Positions 23,648 to 38,600 of a DNA stretch of 64,000 nt are shown piece after piece. The DNA lies in NCBI GenBank assembly GCA_951406725.2, contig OX597823.1, positions 23,560,001-23,624,000 of the forward strand, written 5' to 3'. Under the pieces are notes generated by a model. It was not told the origin of the DNA, ran no database searches, and was given only the letters and a program-made list of their open reading frames with translations. The position numbers and the translations under genes were made by a program. Each line of letters opens with the position of its first letter. Within the stretch, counting starts at the first letter, position 1. Origin of the DNA: Octopus vulgaris (lineage: Eukaryota).

Positions 23648-26600
23648 AAGAAAAGAGAGGAAACAGGGAGAGGAAGAAAGGGAAAGAGAGAGGGAGAGGG
23701 AGAGGGAGAGGTAACAAGAAAGAGGACAGAAACAGATGTGTTGATATAAAGGAGATACTTGGTCACCTAGTCAGTGGGAAAGCAAGAGGAGAGAGAGAGT
23801 GTGTGTGTGTGTGTGTGTGATCAAGAATGAGGGCAGAAACAGGTGTGCTTCTGTAGAGGATATACATGGCTACCCAGCCAGAGGAAAGAACAAGGGATAT
23901 TTGTTCAGGCTTTTTAATTCATGAGTTCAAATTCTGCTGATGTTAACTTTGCCTCTCTGGAGTCAATAAATTAAAATTCCAGTGAAGTGCAGGGATCAAT
24001 TTAATTGATAAACTCCTACCTCAGAATTTTGACTAAATTTCTATGTTAGAAATGATTATTATTGATGTTGTTATTATTTTTCATTGGTCTTAATTTCAAT
24101 CTAATTCTAGATACTCGCATCAAATTTGTAAAAATAAAAAACGCAATGCTGAATGTAGCTGGGAAAACATTGGTGGATAAAAAAAAAGTAACAGTTGATG
24201 CCTGTGCAGAACACTGTTTGGCTCATACAAATTGCTTGTCATTTGAAATAACTAAAAAAAGTGGTCTCTGTTACTTATCAAAGCAAACTGCAGCTTCCTC
24301 CACGAAAATACAAACAGACAAAAGCAGGGATTATTACCAACGAGTGAAATGTAATTATTATTTGCATTTTATTACTGAAGTCTATTTTCCTCTTTTTCTC
24401 AAAATTTGTGACTACATATGTATATTTTATAATATATAAAGACATTGATGTAAACACATTCCCAAAATAATCAACTTAAGGAATTGTAAATACTGTAAAT
24501 TCTCATACAGCATTTATTCACATTGAATATTTTATGCTTGTTTTCAATAATTTCCTTCTTTTTGGTAAGAAAACTTCCTTTTCTCTTATGCTCCATCAGA
24601 AATTAAGATAATTCTATTCTTGTTTTCCTTAAACCTGAGTAGTATTAGTAATAGTGGCAGCAACAGCAGCAGGAGTAGTAGTTGTAAAAGCAATTTTCTC
24701 TTCATTTGTCCATTTTGGTATGTATTAGATACTGCTATTACAACACAGTATTTTAACACTAGTTACTATCCTTCATAATTTGATATACAAAAATAACAGA
24801 AAAAGTAATCGTAACCTATGAAGTTGTGTTTTGCTTATATTTTGTCATGTTTGCTATGGCTGGATACTCTTCCTATCATAATATGAAGAGAGAATCCTCT
24901 CAACTTAAATAAGTTTCTATTTAGTATAGTTCTATGGATTTAAAAACAACACATCCATTCACTTTGGTCTCAAAGATTTTGTTTTTTCTTGTTGAAATCC
25001 TTCCTTCAAAAAAAAATGTTGGATATCAAGGGAAATTCACTAAGTTTAGCGATCTCAGTAGTACAAAGTGGTGTCAAAAACTTCCTGTACTAGTTCTGTA
25101 GTACATCACCAAATAGCAGCACACAGTTACATGCATAGTAAGAGCTAGCAGTGACCATTATGAAGCAGTGTGCAAAGGGACATTGTTGTGTTTAATTTGC
25201 AAGTTGTGAAATTTGTATTTGTGTGATCATGCATATGCTGTAGTCTGTGATTGTTGTCATGGAGAGGAAGTTGGAACAAAGAGCCAACATCAAATTTAGT
25301 GTTAAACTTGGGAAGTCTGCTACAGAAACGTTGAGCATGCTCTGGCAAGCTTTCAGTGATAAGTCAGTGGGCTGTATGCAATGTTTTGAGTGGCACAAGC
25401 ACTTCAAAAGTTGAAGAACATTCCTGGAAGAGGAGGAGAAATCTGGAAGATCTACGACAAGTGTCACCCTCAGAAATGTAGAGAAATTCATCATCTTGTG
25501 CATGAAGAATGTCAGAGAACAACCAACGACATTGCTGTTGTATGGCTCTGTGCAGGCAATCCAAACGTTCATGAAGAATTGGATTCTTCACGATGATAGT
25601 GCACCATATCATTGAGTTTTTCTCACTTGTGAGTTTCTTGCCTAAAACAACATGGTGTGGTTTCCACACCCACTCTATTTGCCAGATTTAGCACCTGCAC
25701 TCTTCCATATCTTCTCCAAGATGAAAATGCAGCTCAGAGGTCACTGTTTTAACATTGTTGTTGAGATTCTGAGTGAATTGCAGAAGGCCCTTCTTATTTT
25801 GTTCTTTTCCTTTTTCCTACTATTAATTCCACTCATCTCTGACTGCCATTAACAACGCTACTTCACTTTGGATTAGATAGCTCAGCAAGTTCCCATGTTC
25901 AGTATGCATAGTCTTCCATTATAATAATAATAAATATTATTATTTTTCAGTAGTCTTATTTTTGTAATGTACTTTCACTGCACTACTGAGCACAGCTGTG
26001 TGCCTTGGGTATGTGCTGTGGTTTGTTGTGGGGCTCTTATTTTTACTGTATTGAAAGTGTTTTACGTAGGATGTGTGCGATGCCCAGTAGTGCTGTTTTC
26101 TGTATGTTATATATACTTGTTAGTTTTGGTGTTTTTGTTATGTATTTGTTTGAATAAATTTTTATCATACCTAATGCACCTACTATGATAGGAATTGTTT
26201 CTGTTTTTAGACTCCACATTTGAGTTACCTCTATTTCCAGGTTTTTGTATTTTGAAATTTTCTCCATTTCTTTTAGAGAAACATTGTTGTATGTTGGTAT
26301 TGATACATCAATTAGAAAGCAAGAGAGCAGTGCATGCCATCAAAGTGACACTGGGGTAAAATATACAAAGCACCATATCCCCATCATAAATCCCCATCCG
26401 ATAAGGGTACACTAAGCACAAGCATCACTATCATATGTGCATGACATGATGATCTCTGTGCCATCTACTGGATCTATCTGCAATGCATGCAAAGTGACAA
26501 AACTGTTCTGCATACACATGTCCAGTTCTCAAGCCTTGCTGATGTGTGGATTAATTTCAAACACCTACTTTCACTTGTAAGTTGGATTTGGTTATCAGCT

Positions 26601-29600
26601 GAATCCATTATGAAGATCATGCCATTGCCTTCCTTTGATTGGGAAAAACAGGCAATTTCTAGCTGTTTGATGGCTTTGGTGAAAGATTTTGTGTGGTAGA
26701 TGAACTCAGAAAAGGTGAAGATGAGATGTCTTTCTCATTAGTCAAGACCCCATTAACTTTTTCAAGTTTTACTTAAAATGGGAGTTAAGTGTAGAGAGAG
26801 AAACAAGTGCTGCCTCCCAACAAATTTGTTGACACATGAATGTGAGTAGTGAATATGGTTCAAATGAACAGAACAGCTTTGAGCATATGCCTGTTGATTG
26901 AAGACAGACTATTGAGAGGGATCACTTGGCTCAGTGGCCAGGGTTTCCCCAAGTAACTCTTGAAGGTCTCCTATGCTTTGAGGCAATTTTTTCCTTTGAA
27001 ATCATTGATTCTGTATTATTTTACATACTCAATTACTTAATCTTAATTTTATCTTCATGTGCCATCCTCATTATCCTGTCTACCATTAGTGATTAATAAG
27101 TAAAATATTGTTTTATAGATGTTTTTAAATATTAGATAATTGTATTGAAGTACCAATATTTGAATGAGATATGAGAACGACATCTGGTGCATTATTTTAA
27201 AGATAGTATATATCATAAAAACACACATTCCATCTATAAAATTATTTTTCAGTGTAAGACACCTTTCTCAGAATTAATGTGACTTCTAGTACATCATGAC
27301 ACATATACAAAAGCTCATCTGAATATTTCAGTTGTAGACAATCCATTTGTGCATCACTCTTTGATGGTTTGGTTTGTTTTTGTTTTAAGATTGAATGGCC
27401 ATAACAACACTTAATGTATTGGTTGGCTACCTGATTAATGCAATATTGACCCTGCAAGCAAATTCTGCTGAGGTCGGCTTTTCCTTTCATCCTTTCGGGG
27501 TTGATGGATTAAGTACCAGTTGCGTACAAGGGTCGATCTAATCTACTGGCCCCCTCCCCCAAAATTTCAGGCCTTGTGCCTAAAGTAGAAAAGAATATTG
27601 ATCCTGCAAAATTACCCAATTAGAAAAGAGATGTACAAACATATTGTCTGCAGCTCAAATATTTGAGACAAGGTTTCAAATAAGTCTGAAGATGTTCTAC
27701 TACTCACATGAATTCTGATTAGGTGTCATTTTGTGGAGCAGTTATTTACTTATAATAAATTATCCATTTACAATTTATGCACCTGATACTTTAAAATATT
27801 TGATATATGCTAGAAAATATGTGAGTGGTGCTTGTGTGTCTGTGTTTGGATGAGTATAAAAGGTATTTTTTGTTTTCTTTTTCTTTTTCCAGCTAATGAG
27901 CACCCTATTACATTTAAAAGAGTTACCATACCAAATCGAGATAATATTGGAAGGCTTAAAAACATGAACTTAGCGATCTGTAAGGAAGCTTGCCGTGCAT
28001 ATCCAGATTGCAGAGTTTATGAGTACAATGAAAAATATAAATTCTGCGACCTAAGCAATGTGACTCACTTGACTGAGGATCTTAAACCATATGATGGAAA
28101 CTGGGATGCGTACTTAATTAATACAGGTCAGCAGAGCATTTCCATGTTATTTGTAGTGTGCACATCAGTGTGTTTTTAAATTTACATATATGTATGTTGT
28201 TTTATATATATATAATCCCTCCACCACCATTTAAATTTAAATGTATATGAATTACTTCCCTGGCAACTCATGTACTCCTCCTGTTGTGTGGGTAGGGATA
28301 TATATTTCGCTTACTCCCTTCTTTATAGCATATACTTGTATACATGCATCTTTATGAGTGCAGTATATATCTAAGTATATGCTTATGTGGACTGCATATA
28401 TAAATATTTAAACATGATATTTTAACCTTGTTGTGCAACCACCCTATCCTCTCTTCTTGTTCAACCTACATGTCCAACATTCATACCTTCTTCATCTTTC
28501 TCTTTGTTGGCCCTTGTGCTTGATGTTGTATGGAATTGAGGAGATTGTTATTCATTGAATAAATTACGTACCAAAGCTCTATGTTAGCTGGTAAGTGTTT
28601 GCACATATCTACTTTTCAAGTGCTGACAAAAGTTCCATGAATGCCTTCCTAATGTCACTCCCAAGCATACAATTTCAAGGCTGCTACCATCAAAGTTGGT
28701 ACAACAGCAGGAAGTACTGGTGAGATTGTTGAATGGTTGGAGCAATGCCATGTTGTCATGTTTGGTGTGCAAGAAGTAAGATGGAAGGGAACCTCAGCTA
28801 GATTTCTCACAGGTAAGAAACAGAGGTTCAAATTCTTCTGGGTAGGTAGGAGTGATAGAGTGGGTGATGTATGCATACTTTTAGCTGAAAAGGGGGTAGA
28901 AAAGGTAATTGAGGTAGTTAGTGTTTGTGATAGGGTAATTAAGCTGAGACTTATAGATAAATTAACAGTTACATTTATCTCTGTTTATACTTCAAATCCG
29001 AACTGGTTGATGACCAGGACAAATTTTATGAGGTCCTTTTGCAGACTACCTTAACAACAAATGACAAGGGCTTGGTTATTGTGCTTGTGACTTCAAAAGA
29101 CATGTTGGGCAGCATCTTCTAGGATTCTATGGTGTGCATGGTGGTTGTAGCTTTGGTCCTAGGAATGAGGAGGGAACAAGGCTGCTGGAATTATGTGATG
29201 CAAAGATCTCATTATCTATACACTAACTTCAGAGAAACAGCCAGCCACCTAAGCACTTAACAGTCTGGTGGGCACATAAGCCAGATTGATTACCTCCTCA
29301 CCAGACAATGAAATAGACAGATGTTTGCAAATGCAAAGTCGTTTCTAGTTGAAGAGTGTACTACCCAAAATACGTTACAGGTTACTAGTTAATGATTTCA
29401 GAATTAGAGCTACAATGACTCAGAATTGGAAGTTCCTGTGGGACATTCTGCTGAGAGCTATAGACCAAATCTGTGGCTAGTGCAAAGTCCCACCTAGGCT
29501 GAGGTTGACATGGTGGTGGAACAAGGATGTAGACAAGGCTATAAAAGCAAAGAGATTGGTCTGAACAGACTGAAAAATTGGTGAAAATAGAAAATTATAT

Positions 29601-32600
29601 CAGGTAGCTGGAAAAGAAGCTAGGCAACAGGTTTACATAGCAAAAGGAATAACAGAAGATGAGAAATTTGCCAATGTTCTACAGCATGGGGATCAGAGAT
29701 GTGAGATGTTCAGGATGCAAAACAATGTATCAGTGAGACTAGAGATATGGTAGGTGAGAAATGTGTGTGAATGGATAATTGTATGCTTGAATTTAGGGAC
29801 TCAGAGAAGAAAGGTGCATGAAAGTGCCACTATGAAAGGCTACTAAATGTTGGAAAATGCATGGGTAAAGGTGAGTCTTTCAAATATTAAACAAACTGAG
29901 GGACCACCCATCAGAGTTGACGGCAGTATAATAGAAAAGGCAATTAAGGATATAAAGGTAAGGAAAGCTCCTGGACCATCAGGTAATTAAAATGGCTGTT
30001 GGTGTGGGTTAAAGCTTAGTTACTTCTATAGTAAATCAGGTTATTCAGAAAGGCATCATCCCCAATCATTGGTGTAGTAATATTATAGTTAGTCGCTACA
30101 AGTGTAAAGGTGATATCTTAAGATAGAAACAACTACAGAGGTATCAAACTGTTGGACCAGGTCATGGAAGTTATAGAGGCGGTTATAAACTCAAATGGTT
30201 AAGAATACAATTAGACTTGATGCAGTGCAGTTTGGTTTTGTACCTGGGAAGAGTACCACAGATGCCATCTTCCTAGTGAGACAGCAGCAGGAAAAGTATC
30301 CAGCTAAAAGCAAGCCATCTAGTGAAAGCTTTGAACAGAGTCCCTCTGTCTATTATCTGGTGTCTCTAAGGAAGTTAGGAGTAGATGAGTGGTTTGTTGG
30401 AATTCTATAAACCATTTAGAGTGGTGCTGTTAGTAGGGTGAGAGTAGGCCATGAATACAGTGATGAATTTAGCATACAAGTAGGGGTTCATCAGGACTAA
30501 GTTCTCAGTCCACTCTTATTCATCATAGTCCTCCAAGTCATAGGAGTTCAAAACTGGATGCCCATGGGAAGTCTTCATATGTGGCAGATGTGCAGGAACA
30601 GTATGTACTAAGGACACACGGAAATTAGACTCCTTCAAATGCCCAGGAGGGTCTCTTGAGGTTGTAGATAGTTTCTGTTACCTAGGTGACTAAATTAGTA
30701 ATGGGGGAGGATGTTCTGAAAGTATTGTTTCTTCAATAAGGATAAGACGGAGAAAGTTCAGAGAGCTATTGCCTCTGGTGGCAACAAAATGAGCATTGAA
30801 CTTGCCAGGTACTACAGCTTTTCTGAATTATGTCTTCTGAAAGTAAACTATCTATTTCGTTCTTAATAATCTGCATTTCTCGGATTGCAGCTTGAAGTAG
30901 TTGAAATTGGTTTGAGCTTAGAGATCTTTATGCCAGGAAGTAGTTCGTATATGGTACATTTTAGGCTTGATATGAACATGCAGAATGACACGGATTTGAG
31001 CATGCCCTTGAAGACAATTGTAACCACCAAGTGTTGACTGAGGATATCAATTCCGATGATGACTGGAGCTACAAAGTGATTGGCCACAAGGAAATTAGTG
31101 TTATATGCGTTATTTCCCAGTTGCAATTTACTACTGAATTTGCCTTTAATCTCCAGTGCTGTGTTGTTGGCCAAGTTAACTTATTCTGGAAGGTATGATT
31201 GTATTGTAATCCCCAGACTGCAAGAAGATTTGCTTCTATAAATGTCCTGTCAGAACCCATGTCAAGAAGGGCTTGTGTATTGTTGTCCTTAATTTTAATG
31301 GGTACTAGCTGTCCTATACCATTTGTTGCTGCTAAAATGATGGATAATAAGGCTCCATCACCATTTTTCTCTGAATTGCTTTCTGGCTTTGTGAAGTTTC
31401 GTTTGTTTCTTGGTGGCTTTTTGGGGAAGCAGACTTTCTCCCAGTGGCCTTTCTTCTGACATCTTTTGCGAGTGGACTTTCTTGCCGGGCATTGATTTTT
31501 TTTTTATGAATGTCTCCATCGCACCAAAAGCATTTAGCAGCTGCAAGATGGAGTGGTTGATTGATACAAGTTGAAACTTGCGATAGGTTGTGAGTGTCTT
31601 CTATGGCCACCCCTATGGTTTGAGGAGGTTTATAGAATGTTTCTATGCTGTCATGTGATGACTTGAGAAGCCTTTGTCTGATTGATGGTGATTGGAGCCC
31701 AACCACAAAGGCATCACCAATTAGAATTTCTCGGTAATAGTCTGCCATTAGGATTTGGATTTTACACTTCTTGGCTAGCACCTGTAGGCTTGACATAAAT
31801 TGTTCTATAGACTTGTTTTCCTTTTGTTTTTGAGTTCATAGCATATGGAGCATCATTATGTTTGAATCTTTCTTTATGAACTTTGAGTCCAGGTGTTCTA
31901 TTGCTGCCTCGAAGGCTTTGGATTCTTCAATGATGGAGTAGGTCCTTGCTCTGCAGAAGACTAAGAGTACTTCCAGTTTAGATTTATCTGGAACTTTTGC
32001 TATGTAGATGTGTGGCATCCATTTCAAGGAAATGTAATCTTCCTCAGTTGGGTTGTCTGGCAGGGTTTTTTAAAACACTTTGGCATCCATTTAGAATGAA
32101 GTTTGAATAAAATTTGTCATAAACCATTTCAAAGAAGGCTTTCATTCAAACTTTATTTCTGCTTGCCATCTAATCTGTTAATCACTGTCTGCTGTCCAAC
32201 AATTAAGACATCATCATCATCATCATCGTTTAATGTTCGCTTTCCATGCTAGCATGGGTTGAACGATTTGACTGAGGGCTGGCGAACCAGATGGCTGCAC
32301 CAGGCTCCAATTTTGATCTGGCAGAGTTTCTACAGCTGGATGCCCTTCCTAACGCCAACCACTCTGAGAGTTTAGTGGGTGCTTTTACGTGCCACTGGCA
32401 TGGGGGCCAGTCAGGCGGTACTGGCAACGACCTCGCTTGAATCTTTTTACACATGCCACTGGCACAGGTGCCAGTAAGGCGATGCTAGAAGTTGTTTTAT
32501 GTTAAACAAAGACAGTATCCATCTATCAATGTCATTTGACACTATGCTGCATTTTCATACTCAATACAAAATAAGATATCTATATTTTAAGTGGGAGACC

Positions 32601-35600
32601 TAGGTAGATATGGGGTGAAGATGTTAAGGCTGATCACAAGATATTTTGAACTTCATGGAGATGACAAAGATAGATCCATTCATCCATCCATCAACCACTC
32701 AATCAACCACCCACCCAATCAATCAATTAATCAATCAATCAATCAATCAATCAGTCAGTCAAAGAGATCTCCTGCATCATGGGTGTATACTAGAGAGGAC
32801 AACCTGTTCTTGAAAGCCATCAAATTTGCCATTCTTAATCTCACATTGTGATATTTAAAAATAGTAATTTCGACCTATTCCTAGTTTGAAATTTTTTCGT
32901 CCATTATCCTGCTGTATTGTTTTGTGTCTCAGCATCCTATTTGTTGGTGCTGATGTTACTCTTTGTATATCTCTACAATTTGCATGAGATATTTGTTGGT
33001 ATGTCCTGTCATTTGATGATTATTTATCAGCTGGAACCTGAATATTCACAAACTGAAAGCTGGCTTAGTGTTTGTTTTGCAGATAGCCTAGCTAGTCTGC
33101 CTGTTTAAGAGAAACAAAATTATATTCTCCATGCCTGTCTTCAGACAGTTGTTTCAGTCATCTTGACTTGTTTTTCTTAGATTCAGTTGCACTTCTCACT
33201 CCCTTTGTTGTTGTGCCCTTTTTTGCCAGCTGTTCTGTTGCTATCACAAACCTTTTTGGACGATCCATTTTGAATTGAAAAATTCAAATGTAGAAACAAA
33301 TAAAGGAGTAAGTATATTGTAGGCATAGAAAATAACCCAAAGATTTCATTATCAAAGGGATATTTATGTTTAATGGAATGACATTTGCAATGAAAAATTT
33401 CTAGGTAAAATTTTTCACAAATATTCTCAAAGTTTCTCAAAGCAAAATATTGTAATCACTTATTTTTAATGAAAACAGTTGAATAGAGAGGAAGAGAGAG
33501 ATAGCATTGTAAGAAAAGAAAATGAGCCACAGGATGTGTGGGGAAGGACAAAATGTGTTTTGTGAAATAACTGGGGAAGGAATCCAAATGAAGTGTGTGA
33601 GAGAGAAGTGACAGAGAAAGAAGGAATTAAGACATTAAAAAATTGCTGACTACATCACAGCAAATAATGTAGCCAAAATTTCCAATAATAAAAGAAACTT
33701 GAAAACTTTCATAAAAATTTATCAAAATTGAAATTTTTATGATTCATAGATGGTGTAAACTTTCATAACTGCTTTCTTTTAGCAAAGCTTATTTACTCAA
33801 AACTAATTAATAAACAAATTCCTTTATTATAGTACAGATGCATCATCTTCATCATCATCATCATTCAATGTCCATGTTACTTGCTGGTATGGATGGGATG
33901 GTTTGATAGGGTCTTGTGGGCCCAATGACTGCATCATGCTCCAGTGTTTGCTTTGGCATGGTTCCTATGTTTGGATGCTCTCCCTAATGTCAACCACTCG
34001 ACAACATGTACTGGGTGTTTTTTTTCTTCATGTCACCAGCACTATTGAGGTTGCTGTGTGACTCATAGGACTACATACCCAGATGAAGTGGGGATCATTT
34101 TCAAGCTAGGGGACAAGGAATTAAAGTGGTGGTTGTGGTGATGATATATACATACATACATGTGTTTTTACTTGTGTGAAAATTTCTTTGCTGTTTCAGT
34201 TAATACTTTTTATTCTAAATTTGTCTGTTCATTTTCATCTTCTCCTAACATATACTCACTTTTAATATCAGTTTCTCTTATCAATTTCAGTTTTCACAGA
34301 AATTAACTGTGGAGCACCAAGAGACATTGCTGGTGCATCGAAGTTCTATAATAATACCATCTATAAATCTGAAGTGATTTATACTTGTCCAGGAGGAGAA
34401 AAACAAAAGTCAATTTGTGAAAAGAATAACTTATGGACTCGAGTAGAGCTTATCTGTGAAGGTAACATAAATAATTTCTCTCTTTTGTTTTTGTCTAATA
34501 AATTTTGTCATACTTTTCTGCTAAATATATTTCTAAGTTGAAGAATTCATGTGTCCATGATAATTTCTGTTGTGTTTATGCCTGGTGGAATGGAGAAAGG
34601 AAGCTATCCTCGGACCAGAGACCATCCAAATGCTTACAACACAGCTAACTCTATTGATTCTACCCAAGGACCAGGTAGTGCTATTAAATTGAGTGGATTA
34701 AGTCTGTCAAGCAAGAGATGGGAGTGTAGAAACTAGTTGTCTCCAACAGGCTTCCGCATTGTTTTCATCCACCAGATTTCATCCACAAGGTTTAGCTTTG
34801 AAACAAATTCTTCACCACATAAACAAAATTCTACCAGAAACCATATTGCTATTAAGTAAACATATAATCTCCACAGCCATATCTCATCTCATCTTGATAG
34901 ATTTTTCTCTTAATTTCTAACTTGGCTTTTCTACCACTTTGTGTCATCATCCAAACTCTTTATAATATAATGCTCCCAGTCTTTCTTTATTAAAGCTTGA
35001 CAATCCTCTGAAACAGACTCCTGATACTCCTATGATCTTCTGTTCTACCATCCTAATTTATAACTATCCTTTCTATAATAGGCACAAAGCCTGGAATTTT
35101 GGGGTAGGGACTGGTTAATTACATTGACCATAATACTCAACCGGTACTTATTTTATCAACCCTTAAAGGAAGAAAGGCAAAGTTAATCTAGGTGGAATTT
35201 GAATTTAGAACATAAAGATGGACAAAATGTTGCTACACATTTTGTTTAGTGCACTTATGATTCAGCCAAGCTCACCACCTTATCCTAAATTATAATAATG
35301 CCAATAATAATAACAATGTTTTCTGATTTGGCAAAAACTCAACAATTTTTGAGAGAAAATTTTTAGTCATCAATTACAGTACTTATCAACTCCAGTACTT
35401 ATTTTATGTTATTAACCCTTGTAAGGCTGAATGGTAACAGTGTCATTGACTGTTTTTGAACTGAAAACATGAAGAGCCTGAATTACATGCCATAAAGCAT
35501 TTCTTGCAATGCTCTGCTTAGCATACATGTAAAAAAGAAGAACTGCTATCTAGGCCCAATGGAAGAACTCCACCCTGACCTTCAAGAACACATGTCCTCT

Positions 35601-38600
35601 CACTTAGTGTTCTCTTACCTATAAGTCTATGCACTGTTTTTCCTATCTATTCTTGATCTTTTTTACCACTTTCACTTTGACTTCAATAATTTCCTTTGAA
35701 GACAGTTCCTTAATTTCCATCCTCACCTTGTTTAAAAATGTGAGTGAGGTAAAACAGTCTCTGTAATCAGTCCTTACAACATTATCTATTTCTTTCTCTG
35801 CCAGGTTTATGGGGGGTCTGGGACAACCATCATGCTGGATTCAGCTGACAGCCAAATATCCATCCTACACACAACAGCAGCTGTTTGACATGATTCCACA
35901 AGTTAGTTATGTCAAATGGCTATGCAATATATGAGTGCATGCATAACGATATTGTTATACTACACACATTTTGAACTGGCCTGTTTGATGGCTCTTTCAT
36001 GACTGTAGAGTTTATCTTGTACTAGTTGATCCCTTTGGTGTAGCCCTACTGGGCCAAGGACCTCAGAAAGTTGTCCAAAGTATTCTCTAGCCAAAAGTCT
36101 TTCAAAACAAACTTTAAAGTTTGTTTTTATCGATGCAACTCTTTAGAATGTTCCTCCACAAACCCACAATAGTTTGTTAGAGTGGAACACCCACCAATCC
36201 CATTGCCTAGGTCAGGTTTGATCCAGCATATTATATCTTCTAAAATCCTAAGGATTACATTAGATAATGTGATTTAAACTCTTATATCGTGGTTGCATGT
36301 GATGCAAGGACGCTTTAACAATATTTCTAACATGTCGGGCATCCACACGAGGGATTCCACTGTAGCTAGTACACAATGAATGTTTAACTTACTGCAAGTT
36401 AACAAATCTGACAAAGCTTGTCCTCTAATCTATTGCCTGATTCAGCTTAACACCTAACCCTCCTGGTGGTCATGGCAATAGTGATGGCCAATATTTGGTC
36501 AATGTTGATATGTTCATTACAATAATAAACCCTCACTTTGACCTACAAATGCTCAGGTTGGGTATGGACCTCATTAATCTGTTAGGTGTAGGGGAAAGTG
36601 TTGCCCTGGAATTTCATGGCCTTACCATTTCTGTCATGTGTAACGGTGTAAAAAACAAAATTGAAAATATCACTTCATTCTAATAAATTATGTATTTATT
36701 ATTTAGAGACATGGCCAAACATAATTAAAGAAAGCAATGCAATTGTATGATATTCATGTTTTTCTCAAGGGTACCAACTGTCTAAGTAAAATGAACTGAT
36801 TAAAAGTCAAACACATATCATTGACCTACATCATCATCATTTTAGCATCCACTTTTCCATACCTGGATAGAATTTATTGGAGCAGATTTTCTACTGCCAG
36901 ATGCAATTTCTGTCACTAAATCTCACCTGATTGTCAGTAAGGTCAGATTTTCTACTGCCAGATGCAATTTCTGTCACTAAATCTCACCTGATTGTCAGTA
37001 AGGTCATATTTCCTCATGGCATGACATTTTCTCACAGAATATTAGACATGAGTGACACAGCATGTTTGACAGGAACATTTTATTACTGTCAAAGCAAAGG
37101 GATACAAACAGATTCTCTCTCTCTCTCTCTCTCTCCCACACACATGCATACACACATACCTACTTATGTATACATACATACATACATACATACATACACA
37201 CATATATGTAAAATGGGCTTCTTTCTTTTTTTTCTATCAAATCCATTCACAAGGCTTTGGTCAGTCGAAGGTTTTAGTAGATGACACTTGCCCTAGGTGC
37301 AACTCAGTTGGACTGAACCTAGAGCCTTGTGGTTAGGAAGTAAACATGTTACCACTGGCCATGAACAAAGAACAATGAGGGTTGTGGTAGGGTCACTTTG
37401 TTCATGGAAAGCAATTAGTAAAGTTGCTAATTATTGAACAAGGATTTATGATTAATAAACTTGTATTAACGTAAGATACAGAAATAATTTTTTTATTTTT
37501 AAATGCTAATAAAATAGTGATAATGCTAATGAAATAGTGTGAACAGGATAAATTATCCATACATTGCAGAAAAATACATTACCGGCCAGCTATTTACCAC
37601 TCAATGGGTGGCAAAATTATGCTAATGACTTATTCCAGTTATGACATTCAGAAGAAGCATCCTTGTCAAAAATAATCACTTTCCTTTTGTATCTCACTAA
37701 TAGTATTTTTTTTTTTGATGAATGAAATTCCTTAGCTTGGTGACGTAAGTTATGAGTGTCAACATTTACTACATATTTATATATTAAATGTTGATGAAAG
37801 TGAAATTTACTTCTCCAAAGCAAAACTTGCAAAATAGTGAAGTGATTGAGTCTTGTCATGACTGCTCATATTTAGTTGCATCTTTTTACATATTGGGTTC
37901 AAATGCCACCAGGATGTACTTCATCTTTCTCATTTCTGAGGTTGATAAAATAAGCATTAGTCATGGCTGTGATTGATTTATTCATATGCATTCTCATCAC
38001 AGAATGTGTGGCTTTCTGTTTAATTTAGAAACTATTATAATAATTGTTGGTAAATCGACGATAATTGTAATTATTATTGTTGTTAAGGGTGATGGATTGA
38101 CAGACTCATTAGAGCATCGGACAAAATGTACTGTGATATTTTCCCAGCTTTTTAACTTTAGTTCCAATCCTGTTGATGTTAATTTTGCCTTTCCAGAGCC
38201 AATAAATTAAAATGCCAGTCAATGCCAATCAATTTTATCAACCTACTTCAAAGTTTTTGTTCTTATTATTTGTTATAAAAATATTATTCTTACTATTTTT
38301 CATTGCTCTAAATTTTATTTAGTTCCAGAAATTAAGAATGAATTTGTGAAAATAACAGCTGCAGTACTGGATGTGTTAGGGAAAACACTGTTCAGAAAAA
38401 AAAATGTAACTGCAGATGCTTGTGCAGAACAATGTTTGTCTGATGAAAATTGTTTATCATTTGAAATAACTAAAGAAGGTGGAAAATGCTACTTATCAAA
38501 GAAAAGTGCAGCTGCCTCTAAGAAAATAAAATCAGACAAAAGCAGAGATTACTACCAACGAGTAAAACGTGATTATCTTTTGTAGCTTATTTTTGAACTT

